From positions 1 through 40,440 of the forward strand of contig JYFJ02003534.1 of NCBI GenBank assembly GCA_000934665.2: 40,440 nucleotides of DNA, written 5' to 3'. The position numbers were made by a program, and so were the translations under genes. Shown here one piece after another: positions 11,501 to 21,100 of the stretch. The notes below the pieces were generated by a model. It was not told where the DNA came from. It saw nothing but the letters and a program-made list of their open reading frames with translations, and made no database searches. Positions within the stretch are counted from its first letter, which is position 1, and every line of letters begins with the position of its first letter. Source of the DNA: Catajapyx aquilonaris. Lineage: Eukaryota.

Positions 11501-12107
11501 TCTTCAGATGACTCTTCAGACGACTCATCAGACGACTCTTCAGACATCAGGTACATATCATTAGATTCATTAGATGATGAGGGCCCATCGGACCTCTTTA
11601 CCGAATCACGAGGGGGAAACTGTAAGTAAATGTCTCCTGTTATTGGTGTTGACGGAATATATTCATCTGGTGGACCACGCACCACGCCTGCAAAGAAAGG
11701 TCAAGCAGAAGTTGATGTACAGTACTGTATTGTTTGAAAATGTGGCAATAATTACCATAGTTTTCTGGGCGGAAAGGAGGAAGTCCGCTTTTGCCAGCCA
11801 TTACTAATTTCAAATTTTTTAAGTAATGTGTTAGGGCCGCATATACGTAAGTGATAAGATATTCTTGGTAAGGAGTTGGTTCATATTTCGATTCAGGTTC
11901 GTCATCAGATTCTTCGTCTTTCTCGGGATCTTTCTCCACATTCTCTTCTTTATTGTGTTCTTTTTCCCCACTTTCTTCTTTCCCATGTTCTTTTTCCCCA
12001 CTCTCTTTGTTCCCGTGCTCTTCTTCGATGGCAAATCTCACATGTTGTCTTTTCTTTGTAATATTCTCATGATGGAGGTTACCATTATTATGTGGTTGTT
12101 GAGGCAT
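2600..12107 (-). CDS. Large (about 1865 aa) repeat-rich protein with a C3orf20-like C-terminal-type domain; 5 coding exons
   Basis: Exons 12107-11756, 11687-10097, 7167-4443, 3810-3668, 3386-2600. All introns are GT-AG with matching phases (1,2,0,2), total 5598 nt = 1866 codons, no internal stop seen. AAAACA-ATG start context. Motifs CPSILRK, CNC..LPQVTDLELEKFL, QVLIHVINS, QPC..YIVQYDI, PLLYKRNKV..YFL|VFQDKKLYY..FN..GLSLPRNFK match the recalled C3orf20 pattern CP.VLR/C.C..IP.VTDLEYD/PC..RLLKYDI/PLL..RHNV.PG.FL.Y..GKLLF..FNGY..LP.DF. Confidence 0.75.
3140..3345 (-). repeat. Degenerate (AAG/ATG/ACG)n trinucleotide tract encoding a Lys/Met/Thr-rich stretch
   Basis: Plus strand (TCT/TCA/TCG)n. 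The spliced frame reads KKKTKKKT...KMMKKMMKKKMKK. Confidence 0.85.
6981..7150 (-). repeat. 12-bp coding minisatellite (about 14 copies) encoding (DSPP)n
   Basis: Plus-strand unit GGAGG(A/C)GAGTCT repeated at the start of exon 3 of the C3orf20-like gene. Confidence 0.9.
8512..8817 (-). mobile_element. Full-length tRNA-derived SINE with (TTA)n tail and 16-bp TSD
   Basis: Minus strand: A box TGGTGTAGTGG, B box GGTTCGAGGTTCGAATCCC, (TTA)n tail (plus-strand (AAT)n about 8512-8550). TSD ATACGACATCAACAAA at 8496-8511 and 8818-8833. Confidence 0.9.
9609..10045. mobile_element. mariner/Tc1-type MITE
   Basis: TA|CAGGGTCTATCAAAACTCTACCGTAAGCCAT ... ATGGCTTACGGTAGAGTTTTGATACACCCTG|TA. Imperfect TIR of about 60 bp with TA TSD. 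Confidence 0.85.
10250..11300 (-). repeat. Degenerate 42-bp (14-aa) and 21-bp (7-aa) coding tandem repeat (DDMSLTSEDLALLA-like)
   Basis: Recurring TCAGACGTCAGGG...GTCATCAG...AACAAGGCCAA units; periodicity is visible in the 530-aa ORF. Confidence 0.85.
11308..11543 (-). repeat. 12-bp coding minisatellite encoding (SSEE/SSDE)n
   Basis: Plus-strand unit TCAGACGACTC(T/A/C), about 19 copies. Confidence 0.9.
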
Positions 12108-12285
12108 TGTTTTGTCGAGAACAAAATCACCTACAAGCCTCCCTGAATTAGTGTACTTGTAGGGTCAATGGTACAGAGGATGACTTTGCAAAGCTGCAAA
12201 TAAAAATACATATAGGTTTAAGCTTGTGTTTCAATTAATTTAAATCCCAATAACTCGAATACAGATAACTCGAAATTCTCTATAA

Positions 12286-12412
12286 TGGCCGGTTTCACCA
12301 AGCCCGGTTTTCATAAAAACCCCGGTTCTTTCGGAAAATCCCTGCAAATGGAATAGGGATTTTCCGAAAGAACCGGGGGTTTTATGAAAACCGGGCTTGG
12401 TGAAACCGGCCA
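12286..12412. mobile_element. Palindromic PIF/Harbinger (Tourist-like) MITE inside an ATAACTCGAA-repeat element
   Basis: TAA|TGGCCGGTTTCACCAAGCCCGG...CCGGGCTTGGTGAAACCGGCCA|TTA. Near-perfect arms of about 58 bp and an 11-nt loop. Confidence 0.8.
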
Positions 12413-12988
12413 TTAGTCGAAGAAAAAAATCTTGGAATTGGCGGATTCTCCATACGGTATGTAATGCAAATTGAATTTCGATGACTCGAATTTGTATATA
12501 ACTCGATTTTCTCGATAAGTCGAATATAATTTGTGAACTCCGCAGCACTTTCACTATTAATAAGTAGAATTTTGTCAATACCCGGGAATTTCCAAGTTGG
12601 GCAAACATGTGGTATTATTCATTCTTGGAGATTTCCACCCCATAATAATCAGTAGTATAAACAACTTGTTATTTTACTATTGATCACCCACCACACCATG
12701 TAAGGCTACTAACCAGATTTCAGTGTGAGCCCGCCAAATTTTTTTCCTATAATGTATGATGTAGATTATCGGATATGTATGATTTTGATAGAAGACCTGC
12801 TGGAGGGAGGGAAGGGAGGGGGTCTCTCAATCTATAGCCTAATCTACAAATGAAATGTGCCTGCTGATTAGTTTCACCATTAGCTCTTGGTTTCACCAAG
12901 AGCTTGGGTTCACAAGTAATATCCGTCTGAACCTTCTAAGAACGTGGTATGAACTACCGATAAACCACAGAAAATAATTAATACTCAC

Positions 12989-13521
12989 CCTTCCAAAGCA
13001 TCTAATTGCTCATTTAAAAGCAGCGCCAACGTTCCGGAATAACTGATACGTGTAAACAATCGCATTTGAAAACCGTATCTACGGAAACGCTTAGTTGCAT
13101 TCTGTGACGTATTCGCACGATCCGCTTGTGTCAGAAACGTCATTATTTAGTAAAAACGCTTACATTTACCTGCATTTACTTTAAAAACATACGTACGAAT
13201 TAAAAATAACTGCATATTTTAACAGTTCTGATAATCATATACCTAACGGCTTTTGGACGTTTTGAACGCACCCAGTTGGCCACAGCCATTATCATCCCCG
13301 TGCAGTGCCGTGCAGGAATGTGACCGAGGTTGGATTTGGGACTGCTGGGGTGAGTGTCTTCGTCTATGGCTTTGTCAACATGAACACATTTTATAGCCGG
13401 ATTGGACTGTGAGCCACTACTAATGATGGACATGTTGGGAGTGTTTTTTAAAAAACTGGAATTCATTTGCTTGCAGAATCTGACGTCTGGGCGAAATAGC
13501 TGATCATTTCTTGGAGAAAAG
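12989..13521. promoter_or_regulatory. Putative bidirectional promoter / 5' UTR region shared by AP3S (+) and the C3orf20-like gene (-)
   Basis: Genes are head-to-head. Minus-strand donor GTGAGT at about 12983-12988 and acceptor TTTGCAG at about 12194 define a non-coding first exon. CRE-like TGTGACGTA about 13103 and CTGACGTC about 13480. Confidence 0.45.
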
Positions 13522-16500
13522 ATGATTAAGGCCATTCTGGTGTTTAACAATCATGGGAAACCTAGGCTGACCAAGTTCTATCAGTACTATGTAAGAAGTG
13601 GTGGTTATTTGGATTTGGATTTGCTTGTGACAGTGAGTCGTTGCAGAATGAGGAGACACAACAGCAGATTGTAAAGGAGACGTTCCAGTTGGTGTCCAAG
13701 AGAGATGATAATGTCTGCAACTTTCTGGAGGGAGGCAGGTAGGTTCTTTATTGGGGGGAAGTAAGGGACAAATTGGTAGCAAAACAAGTGGGAGAAACAC
13801 CAAATGAAATTCTTAACGGCAGCCATGGTGAGCTATACGAAGTTAAAACTACCTGTCATGATTTGACAATGGGAGAGGAGAGGAGCATAAAACATGTAAA
13901 AGCTTCAGTGTCGACAGGAAGGTAATGATTCACTGAAACATATATATTAGAAACCGTAAGCAACATACGGTTTCACAAGAATATTAAGAGTACAGAGGTT
14001 CACATTTCACAGTGTACTAATAATGTCCCAATATTTACAGCTTAATCGGAGGCTCGGATTACAAGCTTATATATCGTCACTATGCCACATTATACTTTGT
14101 CTTTTGTGTTGATTCTTCTGAATCGGAACTGGGCATCCTGGACCTAATTCAAGTGTTTGTGGAGACACTTGACAAGTGTTTTGAGAATGTGTGTGAATTA
14201 GACCTCATCTTCCACGTTGATAAGGTAACTAACAAGTAAGAAAATGAAAAAAGCATGGACAGACCTAGTGACACCTTCCTGGCTTACAGGTCCATTATAT
14301 TCTGAATGAGTTGGTGATGGGAGGCATGGTGCTTGAGACCAACATGACTGAGATTCTCACAAGGATAGAGGACCAAAACAAGTTGGAAAAACAGGAGGTA
14401 TGTTTTGGGCTCATTTGGTTATACCTGTGGTTCCCAACCTGTGGGTCGCAACCCCCTTAAAGGGCTTTCTGGGGGGTCGCCACAGTTGTTTTTACTAAAG
14501 TCAGCTGCAAATTATGCAGTTGGTTGCCTGATGCTAGTGCAACTGTCTCATTAAATGTTGGGTCAATGGAATATTAGGTAATAATAGTTATGCAATTTAC
14601 CCTATAAAAATGCCTTTTTATGCAAATGGGGGGGGGGGGGGGNNNGGCGCTCCACATGTTATTTGGCTATTATAAAGGGGTTGCAACTCAAGAAAGGTTG
14701 GGAACCACTGGCCTATACTATCATTAGATATCACTTTCTTCTGACATAATTACGCCAAAAAGAGGCTCAATTGTAGAATGACAGTATAGTCATAAAAATC
14801 AACACAGCCACATGATAGTGCATATCTTGAGCTTTTACTGTAAACAAAACACCATGACGTGTGAAGCATTTTTCAAACTGTGACACCATATTTTGTAAGC
14901 CTCTTGCTGCCAACCTTATTGCCAAACCTGGTTTTAGTCCTTGTAAACCAGCTTTTTAAGGCCCTGTATATTGACACAATGATTGGGCCATGACATGAAA
15001 TAATGATATGGCTCATGCCTGCATGCACCACTGAAGGTAGGTCATTGACTGAGAATTTAATGGATGTTACTCATTGTTGATTGTTGCCAATAATGAATAA
15101 CATCAGTTAAACCCTAGATAGATCGCCTACCTTCAGTGATGCAAATATACCTAACAATACAAATAATTAATTGTCAATTTAGCAGGAGAAAAGAAAACTC
15201 AAAAGAGGGATTGTAGTCCTTTGTATTTCTTCCCTTTCCCTACACCATTCCAAATTACAATGTGACTGAATAGTGTTTTTATAAGTTGTGCAGTTCTTAA
15301 CATGATATAGTGTAAGGCATGGAGAGCAGATCAACAGGGGTAAGATCTTGTGGCTCATGGGATTTACATGGTACTGAATATACATGATGTTACTCTGCCA
15401 AAGCTGACGCTCTGCCAAGTGTTGCAGCATGGCAGAGTGATGGATTACTTGCCCCTGGTGATGTCACAAAAGTCTGCATTCAGGCAGGTGTCCTGAGATA
15501 CTATTTAAATTGGTAATGAGTTTCTTTTTTTCTAAATTTTTCTTGCCTGCATGAAACATGATTGTGGGGCATGGGACACTTTTTGTAGTAAACTATTTAC
15601 AAGTAAAAATCCACTACCAGCAGAGCAAATCCTATGCAGAATGGAATACTGATTTGAAACTTTCCATTTTTTTTGTCCCATCCAGTTGCGTATTTCAATA
15701 TGACCACAGGTCTGGAGCTGCATCTTTGGTGCACTTGCACATTGTTTGGTGGTAACAAAATTTCATTTGTAAATAGTCTAACACAATAATGCCCGATTGC
15801 ACCAACCGAAATTACCGATCCGATAGCTCCTAATAGATCGTTAGGAGCCCTTTAAATGTGTGCTAACGATCTGTTAGGAGCTATCGAATCGGTAATTTCG
15901 TTGGTGCAATCGGGCATAAGTATCCACTCTGCACATGCTGTATTGGCAAGAAAAACTTTAAACCAGGTAAATGACTCTCCACACTAATATTAACAGTGAC
16001 TCTGGATACCTGTTCGAATGTGGATTCTGTTGACATTGCCAGGTGGACTAATCCATGCTGCTACATTTCCAGACTTGCTGGACAGTTGACTTTGGTCGCA
16101 TTAAGACTCTATTTGCTAATCCTAGGCACCATGTCAGTTACCTTGCTAGAATAATTCACAAATTCATGTCCACAACATTATTTCATGGCCAGATGGCTGG
16201 ATGCAAACTAGGCAATGAAGTCATGACATCGTCCTGAAGTTGCAGCCACCCATCACAGTTGCAGTGCCATCCTATATTGTGTACATTTGTTTCCACAGTT
16301 GTTCCCAACAAGCCATACTTCTAAGCAGACTGATTTCTCCTTTGTAGTGTGGTATTATAGGGCCATTTTCCATCAACATAAAATGGTGGCAGTTTCATAA
16401 GGTAGAGCTGAAAGATGGGTTGGAGTGGCAACTGGGTTATGATACTGTAACTTCCTATTCTGCTGCATTGGGCTCATTTTTGGACCCTTAAAGCTCCTAC

Positions 16501-16822
16501 AACTGACTATTCCATGCAGTTGCATTCAAGTGAATGTATCTCACTTGTGTGTTCTTCAATCACTTTACGAGTGGCTGGATCAGTCTATTGTGCAGTTTTC
16601 TGACCAACTTGTCAAAATAATTGGAGAACTGACGAATAATCAACATTTACCAAGTGTGTGTATTTTTGTCCCTCTGCTAAATGATTTTTCTCTTTAAAGG
16701 CTGGGCTAGCAGCTGCTCCTGCAAGAGCTGTGTCAGCAGTGAAGAATATGAACATTCCACAGCAAATCAAGGATATAAAGTTACCTGATTTGCCACAGGC
16801 CATTAAGGACTTCAAATTCTGA
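13522..16822 (+). CDS. AP3S: AP-3 adaptor complex subunit sigma (Drosophila orange ortholog), 191 aa
   Basis: Exons 13522-13590, 13647-13738, 14041-14224, 14290-14397, 16700-16822 (576 nt, GT-AG). MIKAILVFNNHGKPRLTKFYQYY...KLIYRHYATLYFVFCVDSSESELGILDLIQVFVETLDKCFENVCELDLIFH...AAPARAVSAVKNMNIPQQIKDIKLPDLPQAIKDFKF*. Confidence 0.98.
14425..14710. mobile_element. hAT (Charlie-like) MITE in AP3S intron 4; contains a 3-N assembly gap in a poly-G run
   Basis: C(T)GTGGTTCCCAACC ... GGTTGGGAACCACTG termini. Degenerate 8-bp TSD GGTTATAC/GCCTATAC. Confidence 0.8.
15790..15916. mobile_element. Palindromic PIF/Harbinger MITE
   Basis: TAA|TGCCCGATTGCACCAAC...GTTGGTGCAATCGGGCA|TAA. Arms of about 55 bp with TAA TSD. 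Confidence 0.85.
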
Positions 16823-16929
16823 ACAGTGAGAGATGCTTTTTGGAAGTGGGGAATAAGTGACCACTATATTTACATCAGATGTTATTAAAGTTTACGATTT
16901 TATATACTGTCATATGTGTACACGGGCTA

Positions 16930-16935
16930 AATAAA
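16930..16935 (+). terminator. Candidate polyadenylation signal of AP3S
   Basis: AATAAA about 110 nt after the stop codon. Confidence 0.5.
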
Positions 16936-18135
16936 GGATGTCAAGGAAAATTAAGTTGCCTTTATTCAACAGACAGATTAACAAGAGTTCCACTTGAAAA
17001 TACGATAGCATGATCTACAGAGTGCCGCATATTAGCAAAGAATTATTCACGAACATAATATTCACATTTTCAAACCCTAGCCCAGTGGAAGGAATCACTG
17101 CCAAATGTGTCATTCTGTGCGTAGTTAATGATAGGGTTTTTGACATTTCTCACCCCTACATTTTCGACTCGTTTAGCCTAACAAGTATCCTGGTGAGAGC
17201 AGATTGACCTGGAGTCAGACTAGTCTTATTTACAAATTTTATTCCACTGATTTTTGTGAAATTAGTTTTTAAAAAAATTATGCCTTAATTCTACTGCCAG
17301 CTGCACAATTCCTACATGCAGGTAACACATGATCTGGGGTGATTTAATCATAAGTGATGCAACAGATCACCCCTTTAAGCTGCCACTATCCAAACTTGTT
17401 CCCTTAGATGACAATCCTGGTACACAAACATGTCTCATTCCAATGATCAACTTGGGATATATTTTGCTTAAAAACTCGATGCAGTGGAAGCCTGTAATGT
17501 GGCCTGAATTGATTTCTAGACATTGAAGGGTTGACAGTTACAATTTACAGGTTTGAATATTTGATACCTGACCATGTCTGGAAGTGATTCCTCCCACTGT
17601 GCTTAGGGGGACAACGATACGTGTATACTGTACAGTACCTTGATATCTGAAAATCATGTAATATCAAGGTTTAGGATAGTTTCACAAATTTTGATCCCAC
17701 TTATAGACCCTTAGGAGAAAACATTGAAGTTTACGAGTATAACATGGCATACAACATGATCAACGGGGTTGCACTGCCCAGGTAAGGGAAAGAAGGTACG
17801 GATTGTTTACTCCTGCAATAAGTTTTAAGGTAAACAACTTATGTCTGCTGGGATAAACAATCCATAACTTATTACTTTGAACTGGGGACTTGAGCAGTGC
17901 TCCACCCTGTCATGTAATCAATGGTGTTACATTATATTAGAGAAACTTATAATAATACAGCTTTTCTGAAATTCCTTCAATCAGACCATATCTTCCCAAT
18001 CAAGTCATATGATCTTCCCATTCAGAAAATTGAAGGTCATTCAAGTTGCGGGAACAAACCAAAATTTTCCCAAATGAAGCCACTAAAACATGGACATCAT
18101 TGATTCTTTCACATCTTGAAAATACTCCTGGAAAG

Positions 18136-21100
18136 TTATTTGTCAGTCGATTCGCTGCTGAGATCAACAATCTTAGGACCCATGCGAGTCCATATGAACC
18201 CACTACGTGGCATAATGCTGCTCACGGGATAGGGGCTGCTGCGATCCTTGAAGTAGTCTGAAGGTGCGTGCATGACAAACTCGAAATACTTCATCAGCCT
18301 TGGTAGTTCTTCCTCAGGACCTGTTTAAATATAAATACTAATTTGTATCCCAAAATAATTACTATTTACTACTAAAGCGATGCCACCTTTGCACCTCATG
18401 GTGATGCTGAAGATTCAAAACTTAACAAAGTTCATCTCTGTGTGTTATTGAGGAATGTTTGGGTTTCCATTCGAGAGAATCACCCTGTATATTCATTAAT
18501 GGGGTCCTAGCCTACATTTTACAAACCCATGTAAAAAATCGTTCTCATTTTTAAATGCATTTTGGTGTTTTTTGTTTGAAGATATACATATAAGTTTTCG
18601 AGCTTTGATCGATCAAAGATCATATTAATTATACAGTATCATATTGCCCTCTGACGTCACCTGGAAGTCACACGGGATTCGGGAAAAACAGCAGAGGCAG
18701 GAACGCACCTGGGCTGCTTTGTTTCGTTGTTTGTTTGCATTGTTGCACCTACCAACGTCGCCTACCAACAGAATTGAATGACCCGCCAGTAAATAACCTG
18801 AATTGAACGACCGCCAGGCAACAATCTGATTACGTCATCTGGAAGGAGGCAGGAGTTCGAATGTGCTTTTTAGGCCACACCCCCTTTTCCCCCGCCAATT
18901 TTAGAGTGACTTTTAAACCCACGATAATTTATCGAGGATTGACATTATGGTCAGGGAGCATATACTACATAAGAGGCGCAAACTTCTGTCAGGCCATTGT
19001 TGTTAGCGTCTCTCTGTTTATAGGGCGTTACTAAGGCCGGCGGCCATCTTGACCTGTGTGGGATGCCAACGAGGTATAAATAGGGTACAGGCAAAAATAA
19101 GGTCCGCCATCTTTGATGGTTTTGGCAGCCATGGCAATACACGGCAATAACACGCGCGAATTTGAATTCGATATTGGAAAATGGGTAAGTAAATTGTTGT
19201 TGCCGTGTATTGCCATGGCAGCCCAAACCATCAAAGATGGCGGACCCCGCGGACCTTGACGGCCTGCCTGTACCCTATTTACACCTCGTTGACATACCAC
19301 ACACTTCAAGATGGCCGCCAGCCTTGACAACGCCATAAACAGAGAGACGAAAAAAATCGAATGTTTGCGCCTCTTATGTAGTATATGCTCCCTGTTATGG
19401 TGCTCTAAAGTAATGGAATGCATATTTATAGGTATGATTGAGATATCTGCGTACAAATTTCCTAAATCCCAGACCAAGGCTAGGACCCCATTGTATACAG
19501 ATTGAGGTAAATCTGCATTTCAATATGATCTGTGAGCTTGTGCTTGAATTTATTTATTTATTTATTTCATTACCCCGCTTGTGCTTGAGTTATGCATGCA
19601 GCTCATACAGCAATACCATAGATGGCGCCCCTCTCTGCTTCCATTCTCAACTGGGATATTCGAAGTACGTATTACGCCTGTACGTAACACTGCTTAACAT
19701 AGTAAATGTAGGGTGTTTGTTACTAGTCCAGCCAACGGCCGTCAGCGTATTCCTTGAGCCAAAAGAAGTCGAAAATGTAGGGGGGGAGAAATGTCGAGGG
19801 AGCAACCATTAACATGACCTTGACCAAAAACATTGCCCAATGGTTGCTGAAGGATATGAGTGTGAAAATCGCGACTGTTGGGATTTGCAAAGTCACCTCT
19901 TTCACAGAAGTGATTATCATCAATCATATCCTGCAACTTCGGCAACCACTGGTCAATATTTCTGGTCCTCTACCTCGTTAATGGTTGGTCCCTCGACATT
20001 TCTCTCCCTACATTTTAGACTTGTTTCGGCCCAAGGAACATGCTGACGACCGTTGCCTGGACTAGTTAGAAACACCCTGTATAGGACTAACATACGCTTA
20101 TGTTTACACCACGCTATAATATGAAACGGCAACCAAGAGTAACAATTTGCCACTACAATCTTTTTATAAAAATTATTTGTTTTCCAGCCTAGATAATTCA
20201 TAAATTTACAAGTTTGGGCAAAAAAAAAAATCATTAAGAAGAAACATACCCAAAATATATGTCGATGGGTCGAAGATCTCACGGCGCTTGTTGCTGGCGT
20301 CAGTAGGTAAGAGCCAGGTAATAACTGCACTCTTTTCGCAGTGTTGGTCCTGCAAGAAGGCTCTGATCTGTGCATAATATATGCCGCCATCAACATCAAT
20401 GACCGAAACGATGTCACCAGTCTGGAAATATGATCCCTGAAAAGTAAGGCAACATCATAGGGCATATTCATAAGGCAGAACAAACGTCATTTATGGCAGT
20501 AAAAATTGAGGGGTTAATTATTACAACAAAATTTTAGAGCTGTTACACTATCAATTAATGTTTTCATGCTGAAGGACAACTTGCTAAGAAATACTACTTC
20601 ACAATCAATTCTCAGCCAGTTATTGCCTGACAAAGTATTTGATCAGTTGTATATGCATTACAATTAATGCATTGGAATGCAATCACATACTGAACATCAA
20701 GAACTGATATGGCAAGACAAGTGCACAAGCAGGTAGTATTACTGTATTTCAGTGAATAAAATCCCCGACATGTCAGTGGTGCCTGAATCCAATCACATGA
20801 TAACTAAGCAAATATTGTTTGTCACCAAGCTAAAATGCATGAGAATCCCAAATAATACTGAACATGTGATCCATACTAACCTTGTATATGATATATTCAG
20901 ACACGACAGGTGTTGACATGGACTGTGGAGCTTTGGCTGGCTGAAAAAATTATAAAATATTAATTATGAGGTAATCAGAGACAGTATGACAAATCAACAC
21001 CTCTGCCTATAATATGTCCAGTGTTTAAGAATACGAATAATAATGACCGGATACACCGTAGTAAATGCCTGTGATCTCTTAGGAGATCTTTTAAGTTTCC

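Noticed and set aside
6981..11543. CRISPR-like arrays suggested by regular short repeats
   Set aside because: Head-to-tail coding minisatellites without unique spacers, in a eukaryotic context with no cas genes.
11072..11629. (SSDD)n ORF resembling dentin phosphophoryn or biomineralisation proteins
   Set aside because: Antisense reading of the 12-bp (SSEE)n repeat. The minus frame is longer and has matching splice sites.
14627..14647. Long poly-G run as a G-quadruplex element
   Set aside because: It contains NNN, so its length is an assembly uncertainty.
17762..17909. Degenerate palindromic hAT-like remnant between the AP3S and GATAD1 3' ends
   Set aside because: Inverted similarity is visible, but the termini and TSD are too decayed to call.
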